Positions 40,655 through 54,209 of a stretch of 64,000 nt of DNA are shown here, piece after piece. The notes under the pieces were generated by a model, which was not told the DNA's origin, made no database searches, and was given only the letters and a program-made list of their open reading frames with translations. Position numbers and translations under genes: made by a program. Source of the stretch: Nageia nagi (taxonomy: Eukaryota > Plantae > Pinophyta); the NCBI GenBank assembly GCA_050084985.1, contig JBITNC010000001.1, forward strand, positions 98,642,001 through 98,706,000, given 5' to 3'. The number at the start of each line of letters is the position of its first letter. Positions within the stretch are counted from its first letter, which is position 1.

Positions 40655-41778
40655 TGTGTTGGACAGGGACATTGTAGAGCGAACAAGCATATGAGACCCA
40701 AGATTGGGGACCAACGTCAGATTGGGGAGGTTTCCTCGACAAGAGGTGTTGGGGTATTTTTCTTTCCACTTACGAAGACCACCTAGGCGATACCTGAGAA
40801 AGGACATTCAACATGTGAGTGAGGTTGCATTACTAACCCCCGTTTGAAAGGACAAGTGACCCCAAGGTTTCTAGCATCATGAGATGTCTTATGTGACTAT
40901 GACAGTAGCTATACTTGGAATACTCAGTGGGAGGATGGAGGTAGCGATGATTAACCACTTTTGCTATGGGCATTGGAGTTGTCCTATGTTGATTGAAAGT
41001 ATAGACTTTTTGATGGTAAAGAAAGTAATAGTAACAAAAGGAAAGCAAAGAAGAAGTGTAGAATGGGGATGATGTCACACAAGGGAGGTACATTCAATGA
41101 CAAGCCCACCAATGAACTAGGGGTTAGATCACATTCCTATTGGGTTTATTATGAAGTGCAACACTCACTTATCCCACCTTGCTACAAACTACTAAGTCCG
41201 AATTGTAAACAAGTAGGAGCCTATAGCAGCGCTATGAAGGAGCAACAATGCTCATCGAATGATAATCATATAACTTCATAAGATCTTCAATGAACTTCCT
41301 AACAAGCATACACTTGTGAGGAATGCACACAAGCCATATAACCACCACAAGTAAGCATTAAGAAGCAATGTTCGAGTCTACAATCCCATAAAGTAGAAAC
41401 AATTCTTGATTTGATTAATTATGCTCAACATTCACACACAAGAGAGTGTTAAAGATTTTAGCAAATTCAAAATAGCTTCTCTTGAGTAAAATGATCATCC
41501 TCCTCTATAAATGAGCCCTCAAGGGTTATAAATAAGTTTAGATGGCAACCCTAAGTGTTGCCCTAACCCTAATGCAAATTCAAATGAAATTACTTAAAAT
41601 AAAACCTAATTACTAGTGGTCCAATGAAAATATGCCACATGGCAATACAAGATTAAGTCCAATACTTGTGGGAGCAGATCCTCACCGATCACAAGGCTCA
41701 ATCGAAATGAATAATATTTTTGAGATCCAAATTAAAATAAAATTATGCAAAATAAAGTGAAATTAAAATTGTTGCATC

Positions 41779-42321
41779 TTAAGTGCAATGCCTTCCATCA
41801 ACTGGTGCCCATGAGTTCATCAACCCCTTTCACCCCTGCAACACTTGACTTGGAACCTTCACCATGTATCTATTGAGGGTGTCCCTGTTCTTGAGTGGTC
41901 AGCTTGTCTCAAGACGATGTGGCTTTGGAAGTGTGTTCTCTTTAGGGTTATTCTTCTTTTGGCTTTCTTCTAGCTCTTCTGCAATCCTTCTTAACTATTT
42001 GATCTGCTCTGCTCTTGAGGCACTTACTTCGCCAATCTCCATTGTCTGGGTATGAGCCTCCAAATTTTGAGATGCTTTAGGGTCGTTGTTCAAGAGGACT
42101 TTGGTAACAAATAGAGTATTGTTGACCCTATAGATGAACTTGCTCAGACAGTGAGTTTTGGTGAAGTCATCTTTCACCCTTTGGCTAGGGTCTTCATGCG
42201 ATGCTCTAATCATAACTGCTAGGTTAGTGTTGCTCTTCTTCTTTGATGAAGTGCCTTTGTTACTCCTCACCTGTTTTGGCTCAATTTCTTCCCCTTGCAC
42301 CTTGGAGTTCGTCTTTGCCAT
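41779..42321 (-). pseudogene. Degenerate ~180-codon ORF inside element A
   Basis: MAKTNSKVQGEEIEPKQ... 108 aa open, continues past in-frame stops (LRRIAEELEESQKK...); upstream telo-box + TATA at ~42477-42500. Confidence 0.5.
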
Positions 42322-43464
42322 GTTGATCCTTGATGTAGAATATTACCTCCAATGCCTTAACAAATGAAGCAAGATGGCTTCCAAAGATTCCAAAAGAATT
42401 CTCCCACCCTGATGCCTCGATGAATTTGAAAGGAGAGAGAAAACTTGTGATGTAAAAATGAAGACTAACTTCCCCTCTTATAAACATTTCCTAGGGTTTT
42501 TCTAGGGCAAATTGGTTGGGACCTAGGGATGTGAGCCTTTTATGAATGGGTGCAACTTTCTAGGCAACCTTGGCACAAATCTTGAGGTCTATTGGCTTCA
42601 AGAGGTATGTGCAGGTGAAAACAAAGCCTTGAAAGCATTTACAAGAGGCAAGGGAAGTTTGGCCCAAGTGTGGGGAAGGATAAACTTGTTGTCTCCTAGT
42701 GTACTTACGTTGGGAGAAATGTGTGATCATAACAGGGCTGGCGCAAGTCATGAAGGGTCACAAATGTTGTCTGGGCATGGATTTATGCTCAAGGAGGAAG
42801 TATATGGTTGGTGTAGGTTTCTAAAGGGACAAGGATCGTGTCTCAGTTGAGATGTGCGCCTGGAAGCCTAGCATAGGTGCCTAGAGGAGGACAAAGGGTT
42901 TGTCTTGTTGAAGACATGCACCAAGAGGAGGTATGAGCATTACGTAAGTGTCATGGGGGTCAAGAAGTTTGTCTTAATGGACACTTGCACTGGATGGGCC
43001 CAAAAGTTGATGCAAGTCTTATTGAGGACAAGGTGGGTGTCTCAATTTGTATTTGCGCCTGAAGGAGAGAAAATAAGCCCAACGCAAGTCTCCTTCTTGT
43101 GCCCAGGAAGGATGAGTCTCCCTTGCGCAAGCCTTGAGGAGATCAACATTCTTGTCTAGGTTCGCACTTGCACCAAGGAGAAGGGATAGGAATCCAACAT
43201 GGATCTTTTGGAGGTGAAGTTGGTTGTCTTGATCCATGCTTGTGCCTGAATGAGGAAGTGCTAGCCTCGTGCAAGTCCAAAAGGGGTCAACATGCTTGTC
43301 TTGGCTTGCACTTGCGCTAGAGGAGTGTGTATGAGCTTGGCACAAGTCTCTTGGAAGTCATGAAGCTTGTCTCCACCTGGACTTGCACCTAAGGAGGATA
43401 TGCTATATACTTAGCCAAAATTTGTCTTTGTTGTTCAAATTTGTCCCCTAGAGCTCCAAGAAGG

Positions 43465-46400
43465 TGTTGTGCTCGCACAATACACCCCAAAATACAAGAT
43501 TTTGGGGACCCTATTTTTGGAAAGGCAATGAGGTGCATTGCCTTGAGATTGGCTTTTGGCGATAGATAGTTCATTCTGAAGAGTGCAAATGTGATATCAG
43601 GGAGCAATTCATGGAGATCTTACGACGAAGACCCTGAAGAGTATTAGAGTATCCAGTCACTAGTTTTGGAGGCAAGGACCTAGGATCTGAGAGACAGCAT
43701 TAGAGTACGGATTTTTGGTCTAGAGTGTAGTTAGTGGAAATGGGGTTGTTTTCTCAGAGTTTTAAGCTGACAAGTGCCAAGTGTGACGAAATTTAGCGTT
43801 TTTCTCAAGTACAAAGATCGGGAGCAGTGGATGCAGCTAAGATAACAAAAACAAGCGTTTTTGTCAAGTATGAGCTCGGAAAACTCAAAAATGGTCATTA
43901 TCACGAAAAGGCGTGTTTTGGTTGATTTTGAGCTTGGAAGTGGTTAGTACAATAAAGATGTGTGTTTTTGCACCGTTTGAGCCCAAAAAGCTTGAAAATG
44001 GTAAAAAATGCAAAGTTGAGCTCAAAATGGTTGGAAATGCTCGAAAATGCCGAAAATGATCATTTTTTCTCACTTAAGGCTCGGGAATGCCGAAAATGGA
44101 TACTTTAAGATTGGAAGTGCCGAAAATGATGAGTTTGAGCTCGAAAACGTTGGAAATGGCCAGAAATGCACAAATTGAGTTTGAGATGGCCTGGAAATGC
44201 GAGTTTGAGTACCCCTAGCCCTAAGCATGTTTTCCCAAGGTATTGAAGACCCAAATGAGGGAAAATGGTGCATGTTTCTCATGGTTAAATGCAAATGGTG
44301 TTGGATTTCAAGTCCAAGAGCTTCATTGGAGAGATAAGATGAATTCTATCTCAATTAAGATTTGAAATTTTCGATTTTGACTAAGTCTAAGACACTCAAA
44401 TCCTAGGTGCAGTTTTTCAAGCCTATGGAAAAACCATAGAGATGATTTTTGGCTCCTATATGGTGGAGGAAAAGTGGAAATGCATCGAAATTCAAATGTG
44501 AATGCATAGATGGACGAAAGAGGTGATTTCAAGGCACTTTAGGTCTTCATTTTTTCGAGTTTGAGCAACTTTAGACCCCCAAATTTCTAAGCGCAAGTTT
44601 CCAAATGATTCCAAATCCAATGGGATGAACTTTGGCACTTAGATTGACAAAATGAAGTGTTTTTTGCTCAAAAAACATGTTTAGATGCTTGGGAACAAGG
44701 AAGAGACCATTCTAAGCACATTTAATACTCAAAATTTTCGATTTTGAGCATCCTAAAGGCTAGGCACAAGTTTGGGTAGCTATGAAAATCTAACGAAGTG
44801 AAAAATGGTGCCTAAAATGAAAAATTTGACAAAATTTGGTCAAAAATTGAAGGATTTGAACTAGATCTAAACAAATCCTCTAGGACCTTAGACTAGGAAA
44901 CTCAAGTGTACACAAGATAACATAATCACTCAAGATAACACATCTATAATTCTAAGAACATCATTCACATAATATGACACCAATATAATGTGGTTCCTCC
45001 CTCCTTGGGAGTACATCCACAACTAGTTCTCTTATTCTCTTGATATGTCTCTCTTACAACTATTCTCTAGCTCTCTCCTACACAACCAAGTAGAGTAATC
45101 TTACTCCTAGACTTTGATATGATACAAGAGGAGAGGCCCTCTATTTATAGCTTTAGAGCACCTCCCTAACCTTCCTTTAACCCAAGGGTAAGGTTAGGGT
45201 TACATTAAATGTATCACCAAACTTCAACCTACCAACTAACCACTTTGGTAAAGTCAAAGTCTACATATTAAAGAATTCTATTAATCTCTTTAGGTATCTA
45301 CATACCCTTAAGTGATTAATTGAATTTACAAGGAGTTTAGATATTCACAATATTTCATTACAAATTCTAACAAAAATCAAGTTTGAGGTGCCCATTAAGT
45401 GAAATTTGGCATTTTGAACACATTTAGGTCTTGGAAAAATCAATTTTGAGCAAGTTTTGAGGCCCAAAATGCTAGGCGCAGGTTTGCAAGGCTATGGAAA
45501 TCCAATGGGATGAATTTTGGCGCCTAGCATTAGGAAAAAAGATAAAATTTGAGCAAAACTTCAAGTTTGAAGGTTTGAGAGCAAGGAAGAGGGCATTTCA
45601 AGGCACTTTAGGCCTACAAAATTTCATTTTTGAACAAGGGAAATGGCCTAAAAGGTTAGGCGCATGTTTTCATGCCAATGGAATTCCAATCAAGTGAATT
45701 TTGGCGCCTAAGTCAAGGAGGGAGATAGATTTTTGATCAAAAACCAAATTTGAAGGCATAAATGGATGAAAGACCCCATTTCAAGCACATTTAAAATTGC
45801 AAATTTTCATTTTTGAGCAAGTTTGGAGACACAAATATCTAGGTGTGTGTTTGGGGCTGATTGAAGATCCATAGAACTGAATTTTGGCGCCTAGGTTGGA
45901 AAAAATTTGACAAATTTCACTCAAAAATCAAGTTGGACCCTTTCATTGCATAGAAAAAGGCATTTCCAGCACATTTAACACTTGAAAGTTTTGATCTTGG
46001 GCCATGGAAACCCCTCTAGAAGGTAGGCGCAGATTTTCATGCCATTAGGAATCCATAGACCTGAAAATTGGCGCCTAACATGAAAGAATGTGAGATTTTG
46101 CCCAAAAATCAAGTTTTTTGACATATTTGCAAGGAAAATGCCATTTTGAGCTCATTTAATACTTCAAATTTTCAATTTTGAGCAGCTTAAAGGCACCAAA
46201 AAGCTAGGCGCAGTTTTCCAAGTGTATGGAATTCCAATGAGATGAAAACTAGCGCCTAACTTGAAGAGGAACATCAAATTTTGCACAAAACTTGAAAATT
46301 TTGCTTTCATTGCATGTAAAATAACATTATAAGCACCTTTAAACTTTGGAATTTTTGAATTTAAGCAAGGTAAAGGGCTCAAAAATCTAGGAGGCATTTC

Positions 46401-47877
46401 TCATTTCTATGGAAATTTCACCAATTTATCTGTCGGAATCCATAGACATGAAAATGGAAAACATTGCCAAAAACTTCAAATCTTTTCCAATACCTCGTAA
46501 AAACCCCAAAACCACTCAAAACTTGCCAAATACCTTGTAATTCTATCCTCCATCCATCCATAAGCTCAAATCCACTTTTTGAAAAATTTCCAAATTTTGG
46601 ACCCCCTCATTTTTTCCAAAAAATTCTCTTAGAATTCCCTAAAAATTTGCCACAATGATCACATCACAGGCAAATTCAGATGCAGAGAAAGGAGCTCAAA
46701 AGATTGTCAGAAGGATCTAAAACGAGGATTTGAAGCTCCAATTTTGGCCAAATTGATGCAAAATGCCTCGAAATGCATGCCAAAGGGAATACATTTTTGT
46801 AAATATTATATTTTTAGCATATTTTTGTGGGTTGAGATTGTTCTCCCACTAAAACGATATTGTAATTTCAATTTAGCATTCAAATTAGCAATTTTAATGC
46901 TTTTTTAGGAATTAGGGCAACACCCTCAAATTTGACCTAAAAGTCTATAAATAAACCATAGCGGTTCACTTTTGAAACAAAATGTTTTTAGTGAAAATTT
47001 GTGAAAAATTGGCAAATTGATGTATCGTTGTAATTTTCGCACGAATTTAATACAAAGTGGTGGAATACTTGAAACAAAGAGATTTGTCATTTGTGAGATT
47101 GTGGATTTGACCATTTTGGAGCCTTTTGAGATGATTTAGAATCTTTCACTCTTTTCCTTGAAAATTTGTGAATTTTAGGATTTTTTTTGAAAAATTTTAA
47201 AAGTTTCTGAATCACTCCCAATTCGTTGCCTTTCCATAATTTGCATAGTAAGTGAAAGTATTCTCGGCTTTTCTTCCTTCTATGACATCAAATTAGATTT
47301 TTTCATTCGAAACGAAGTTTGTGCGCACTTGTTGTGTCATGTCTTTCTTTTGATTGTGTCGGTCCTGCTTGCAGAGTACCGACGATCAACTCTCCTCCCC
47401 ACTCCTCTTAAGAATAGATTGAACTTAGGTTATTCTATTCTTAAGTTGGAGGATTTCGAATGAAACTTCCTAACTGATCCTGAACAAGAAATCAACCTTA
47501 GACACAACTTCATGTGACCTTTTCTTTGTCATCTCACTAGTATTCGAAACATTCTCACCCCTTTTCCTTTTCTTTATTTTTCATTTTCTTTAAAACATTT
47601 GGCAACTTTCGAACTATTTTAAGATAAAACACCTCAGTCCCTACAAAAAACGTGAGTTAACATTTATTAACTCTATTACACCACTCAGCTGATTCCCAAA
47701 CAAGACCTACACAATTTAAAGCTCGTATTAATGACACGAGCTTTTTGATAGAAACCTTGGGGTATTAGTCCTTACAAGCGGAGTTCAGTAATGCGTTCTC
47801 ACCTACATGCTGGGTCGCTTTCCCGTCTTGGTCATATAGGCGATTGCCGAGTAAGAGGAAAGGTTTCCTTCCCAACA
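43465..47877 (+). mobile_element. Solo LTR D (same family as 4660-8496)
   Basis: TGTTG...CAACA, perfect TSD GAAGG, collinear with 4660-8496. Confidence 0.95.
44848..45372 (-). mobile_element. Solo LTR E (525 bp) nested in D
   Basis: TG...CA, perfect TSD AAAAT, absent from the 4660-8496 copy; reverse-strand TATA CTATAAATAG. Confidence 0.93.
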
Positions 47878-50411
47878 GAAGGTTGGCGTAGGTCCTTGGA
47901 AGGACATGAAGGTTGTCTTGGACCACATCTACGCTAGAAGGTATGCATGGCTTGGGTACACTACCTGGATGCTCATGTCAAACTTGCTAGTGTAGATGAG
48001 GGGTTTTCATGCCTTGATACTTGGTCAATTTCCTCCTTTGTCACTTATATTCATCATTTCGAGTCTCTGGAAGGCTGATGCAAGTCTTGGAGGGGACATG
48101 AATGTTCTCTTTTGGAACATGCTCTTAAATGGCACTTTGCAAAATTTTTGACATGTCTATTCCAGAAAGTCATTTTGTTCATTTTCTGCTAGTTCTGATT
48201 TTCAATGCCTTTCGGTTGTGAGATATCGTTTGCTTGGTCACTCCACTTAGGCAATATCATGTTGTCAAAACTTTTTGGGTCATGTTGTGGAATCCACAAA
48301 AGGAGGGTATGCCAAAAGGTCTTAGGGGAGTGGTGGAGAGAATCAATGAGAGGTTGTCGAGTAGCATCAAGAAATTGACATTTCTTATGGCCATTTCTTA
48401 TGGCGAAGAAGCCCTCGATATTTGCTCTTGATGGATGCCATAGATGAGAAGTCATGGGAGAGGGCGAAGTAGAGTCTTTGGTGCATGGACTTACACTTCG
48501 CATCGAACCAACGATTCCTAGGACAAGATCTAGGGTAGGAGGAAAAACGAGTGGTGGGTCCGATGGGGGACGGTGTGGAGGGCCCAAACAAGGAGGAGCA
48601 TTGAAGCGTATCAGGAAGAAGAAAGTTGATCTATAAAAATATGTAATATTCCAAACTGAAAATAAACCCTAGATATACAAATTAACTAAAATCTACACCC
48701 TAACTCAAATCTGAAAATTCCATTACAGCATATCGCAATATTTATATTCCCTAGATGGTAGATCACAACTAAAACTGAATACCCAGAAAATCCAAAATCT
48801 TAAATAGTATAGATCACAAAGAGTTGTACTAAAATATTCCACAACAATATTCAATTCTAACATGTAGATCATAACAAATTTGAAAGATTGGAAGGTAGAC
48901 CACATAATTAATAAAGTTTTAGCTGAATTTAGATATGAAAATAGCCACTACAATGAACAATTTCAATACAATGCTGATCTACACAAGCCCTAGCTAAATT
49001 GTAGCTATATCACACCTGAAACATGGAAGAAAACCCAAAATGATTACATACTTCTCCTCAATTATTGGAACTGAAATGTGCAAATACTCTCAAGCTGCAT
49101 ATAGGACTCCCAAAGGCTGGATGCCCAGCTATGGAAGTCCAATTTGTCGATGGATATTGAAATGATGCTCAATACCCTTCCAATTACAATGCAACGACCT
49201 CTTGATTTGGATGTCGAAGGAAGGAAGCCACCAAAATTGCAAATGTGGATGAGAAATTCCCAATGGAGGCTGTGTTGGGGGCTTTTTCTTTCCTACCTTG
49301 CTAATGGGCAAATGAACTTGCAAGGCTTGTGGGAAGACACCGACACCTGAGTGGTAGGGCGTGACCCCTTCTTGCTATGAGGACTGGTTACCTCAAAGGT
49401 TTAGTGTTGTAGTGTGCAAGAGGTTACTCAGGGGATTGGTAGAGATGTTTGAAGCTATCTCCAACTCAAATAGTATTTGTTAACCAAGAAATCGAAGGGT
49501 CCTTGTCCCTAGAAATGGTTTTTCTCAAAAGGAAAAGAAAAGGGAGGTTCGAAAGCTGCGCAAAAAAGTGAAAAATAAAAGGAAAAGAGCAGATTAGACG
49601 ATCGTTTATGAGTGGGGCACAAGTGCATATGGTCTCATAGATTGGTGTAGGGAATGGAATCTACTTCCTTCAGTCTTTATGCAAGTTCCACGCACTCCTT
49701 ATCTTTATCACTAGTCAACCAAACGAATGAGCTAGCAAAAAGAGCGTGAAGCTGTAGGCAAGGATAGTTGTAGAGTAGATTGCAGGTCAATCATCAACAA
49801 GGGAGTGAAGTTCTTGCGCTAAGCATCATAAAGGAAGTCATCGCAGACAACACAAGTCTAATATGCAAACCATGAAGTATTGCTCACCATATTTTGCTGA
49901 ATGATCACTGCTAAGGGTATTCAACGAATTCTCTCATCCACCTTAATACAAGGTTTATGAGATGAACCAAGTAAACTTGAACAACACAAAATAGCAATGA
50001 CATTCACCAAAAGCTTCAACACATGTTCATAATTCCATTAATGAGAACATTCACTATTCAATTACTTGGAATAATACCACATTAGCAAATGAAGGAAACT
50101 TGCTTAATTGGAAGTAAAATTTAAGTCTCTCACAAGTGCAAAAATGTCTAATCCCTTACAAATGAGCTCTAGTGGGCTATAAATAGTTATGTGGCAACCC
50201 TAAGTGTTGCCCTAACCCTAATTTCAAAATCCAATAAGTAACAAATGGTTCAATCAAAGCTTGCCACATGGCATTTCAAAATGTCTTCCAATTTTGTGGA
50301 AGCAAATCCTCATCCTTCACAAACTTGGGAATTAAATATCAAATATAATAAAAGTGTTTCATAAAAAAAATGCATTTTCTTGACAATAACATAAAACTAT
50401 GAAAATTGCTA

Positions 50412-53400
50412 CTAAGGCGCATGTGGGCCCAACGCCTCAATGCGCCCTTCGAAATCTTCATCCAGGAACTTTGCCGTGAGTTCCAACCCATGTAGCATCT
50501 CTAACAACTTCGGCCCGTTCCTAGCGATGCGATGTCCAACCTTGTCTACCATCCTCTGTATATCATTTTACCAAGCATGAGCTCTAAGCAAGTGCTTCAA
50601 GTAGGTGTTAACATCATTGGTCATGATTAGGCTTTGAAGGAAGTGTCTCACTTCTGCCACTACCAGGTCTTTATCTCTAACGGTGGCATCATCATCAATG
50701 AACTTGACCTGGAACTCCATCTGCTCAAGGCTAGTGTTGGCCTTGTCATTGAGTTTCTCAATCTCCTTCTACACCTCCTGGAAACGTGTGGCTACCTGAT
50801 TGACGACACCTAAGGAGAACCAATATTCTTCACAAAACTTCACATCTTCAGGCCTGTGATCCTGTGTCATCTCGAATTTCATGATCATGGGCCTTAGGGA
50901 ATCCAAAATCCTGAGAAGGCTTGCTCTCTCCACCATAATGTCTTTCAGCTTCTACTCTTCAAATGCTACCCTTTGCAGTGCACCAATGAACTGTTGTACC
51001 ACTACTAAGACCTCATCCACTTCTTCCTATTTCATTGCAATCATGCCCTCCCTAAGTGGTTTTATCTGTCGAAGCTCCTTCGTGGGCACCTTAGTTGACT
51101 CTAATTCTCTAGGCAATTTCTTTTGTGCAGCTAACTCCTTCTTGAGGCTTTTAATCTTCTTTTCTTTCATCATCCCATCTTTGGTAATTGCCTCAGTATT
51201 GGAGATGATTGCATGTTTTTGACCAGCCAAACCAATAGCACCAGTATTGATGATTTGGTTGACCTACCTGAGATCTTTAGGTCGTTGGGGATTCTCCTTG
51301 TCTGCGATTATAGTCTTGATGTGAATCACGTTCTTGGCCAAATGCACATAAGTCTGGGTCTTACTCGGGCAAGTGGAGCTTTCTCCAATCTGATCATTCT
51401 CTTCTCTTACTCCAAACTCCTCCTGACATCCATGTTGAACACATCTAGACACTCCTCCATAGTAACTCCCCATTCATCTGTAGGTGATGGTTGACGAGTC
51501 TCAACAACTGCTTCTTGAACGGTGGTGGTACTTTTCCTAGGTCTTTTCGAAGGTCTTTCTTCTTCTTCACCAAGCTCTTCTGAAGCCTCTATGGTCCATG
51601 ACTGTGAAGTCCTCTTCAATTGTATTCTTTTTGGTATTGTCTCTGAGGTTGGTCCCTTGCCCTTCTTTGTGGATGGTTCGGAGGCTATGGGATTCTGAAT
51701 TACCTGCACTATCTCCAAGGATTCGTCTTCTTGCTGTGTATCTGGGATGTCATGGTGTTGCATGGCATTCGCGTCTTGTTCATCTTCTGACTCTCCTACT
51801 TCTCCCTTCTCTTGATTTTCATAAGGTCTATACATGGGATTGGATGATGAAGATCCAGATGGTGGAACGACTGGTAACGGATCTGCCATTGCTCCTCTAG
51901 GTGGTTTGGACGGTGGGGATGGATCCTTCTCTCTGTTCCTGACACACCTCACTACCTTGTTAGTGGCCACCTCTAGCTCTCTCATGTTGTGCTCGTCAAT
52001 GGTGTCCCTTGTTGTACTACCCGTTCTATTGGGTTCTTGCCACGCATTGACGCATACTGTCCAACTGGCGCTTCAACTATGGGAGGAAACTGGGTGACCC
52101 TGGAAGTGGACTCTTGAGGTCTTCTTCCCTTCTATTGTGACAATCTCTTGTTGATGGTGGCCTCAACAAGGTGTTGCTGATCATGGGCATCCTTATGCAT
52201 CTTTTCACGGATCTTTCTCATCTCTACCTTGTTGCTCACATTTTAGAAAGGTTCCTCTTCTTCAAGTGGTTTGTGTTCATATGCTTTCATCCTTTCCTTC
52301 ATGAAGAATTGGTGCATCCTATGGTTAGGGTCATAATGGTTGGCGGCAGGCATCTTCTTGAAGTTAAATCTCGCTAAATCTTCCTTCATAGTGTTAATGT
52401 CCGCCCAAGACTTACATTGGTATTCACCTATTGCAATCGACAAGTTTGAAGTAGCCGATTTCTTCTGCCATACCTGTTCATGTAGATAGGCCAACTGCCT
52501 CATCATCTCCATAAGAAGCAATCTGTTGCTCACGAACCTTGGCAATTGGTACGGTTGACCCATGAATTTTGATATAGGAATAGTGTCGGTGATGGAGGAA
52601 GAAGTCCCCATGCTTCTTCAATGCGTCTTGGGTTGAGTTAGAGATTCTCGCCACTGTGATTTCTCCTTTGAGCTCCTTGTAGATCTCATACTCCCATCCA
52701 TTGTTTTTCATGGTAAAATTATTCCATCTCCTCTCAATATTCCATTTGGGTTAGCATCTCCAAATGGCATAGGTCCCTTTCTTGATCAATGTTGATTCTC
52801 CTTTCTCCATGACCCTGTACTTGCCGTGAAGCAACATGTACACCAGGTATGAATTGAGGTAGAATTTGCGAGTGGTGTCTATGGATTATAACTGATCAGA
52901 TTGTGTCACTCAACACCTTGCTCCACGTAATCCTTTTTCCTCTAACAATTTCGATAATGAAGCCAAAGAACTCTTTCTTGAATTTTGAAGCATCTTCCTT
53001 CCCAAGAACTCTGGACAACATCAAGATCATCAACTCAATTGAATGGGTAGAAATTGGAATGAGGAGCATTTGTGAGAGCGTTTCCCTTGAGCCTGTGATA
53101 CTCATCCAAAATCCAGAGTTTGATTGCAACGGTGACCTTGTTGGTCTCTTGATAGCATGCCAGTGATTGTGCCTCGCTGTACTCGAAATTTCCCTCTGAA
53201 GTCCACTGGAACGGCATTTTGATGGCGTCGAGGCTAAAGTCCATGATCATGTCTCCTTGGATGTCACAAAGGACTCTCCCCCCTTTTGCCAATGATGACT
53301 GACCTCCATGCACGATTCAGGATACGAAGCCGTGAAGGGTACGCATGTGCATGTGGATTGTCCAAAGAAGAAGACAATGTCTTATTTGAGGTCATTGATG

Positions 53401-53606
53401 GGTAACTTCTTTATTTTATCTCTCATTTGCATAGGGCCAATGTCTTGCCAATCTATGTCTCCGATGGTAGCAAGACCGTTCCTCGAGAATTTGGCTCCTT
53501 GGGGAAGGGAGTCTTGTCTTTCATAGATAGTGATGATGCAATCTTGTCTCAACCGCTCGAGGTCCCTAGTAAAGTTTGAAGTCGAATTGCCCTTGGGAGT
53601 AGTCAT
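50412..53606 (-). pseudogene. ~1060-codon accessory ORF (several frameshifts/stops) of uncharacterised gymnosperm TE protein family
   Basis: Chained ORF fragments from MTTPKGN: KFYLNSYLVY, YSYIKIHG..QPYQLPRFVSNRLLLMEMMRQL, acidic disordered region with NLS-like RPSKRPRK, C-terminal coiled coil; TATA at 53828-53836. Confidence 0.75.
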
Positions 53607-54209
53607 GGTGTTTAGGCTTGCAACGAAGTCTCTCAAGGGTGATGCGAGGGTTTCCAAGTGGTAAAGGCACCCCATTTTGGATTGGCTTGCCTCCCAAATG
53701 CTTGCGCAAGCCCTAGGATAGATTATGATGGGATGCAAGCTCGAAAATCTACAATTTCTTGCTACTTTGGTGCAAAAGTGGAAAAGGAGCGAGTTTTGGA
53801 TTTGAAAAAATGAAGTCCCCAGGCTTGTATTTATAGCCAAACTTTCTTGCATCTAACCGTAGTCGGCTAGGTTAATGAGCAAACTTGATCTTAGCCATTT
53901 GTCTGGCTGACCTCGAGATGTGTGCTTGCACCAAAATTCATGTCAAGTTGCCTGTGACCGGACGTTGGGATTTTAGAGCTCACTCTGGCTTGGTGCATGC
54001 CAAAAAAGACATGATTGTGTCTTTTTGGATCATGCACCAGCCTTGGGTTGCGCATTCTTCAAACGTTGGCCCTTTTATCTCACTTGCTTGCTTGTCTTGA
54101 TCGTGAACTTGCCCTATGACTTGATCTTTCCTGACTTTTGGTCTTTCCGATGCTTGGACTTGTCGAATTTGATCTTTCATCTCAACCTGAAACTCCTCAA
54201 GCTTGGCGT

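Larger units (their letters stand above)
40655..48590 (-). mobile_element. Solo-LTR-like element A (~3.5 kb after removing nested insert) containing an ORF
   Basis: TGTGTTGG...CCAAACA termini; TSD TGGAG/AGGAG; excision rejoins the LINE; no gag/pol seen. Confidence 0.75.

Noticed and set aside
43885-47114. Numerous short Phe/Lys-rich ORFs
   Set aside because: Chance ORFs in the repetitive LTR, not conserved in the 4660-8496 copy
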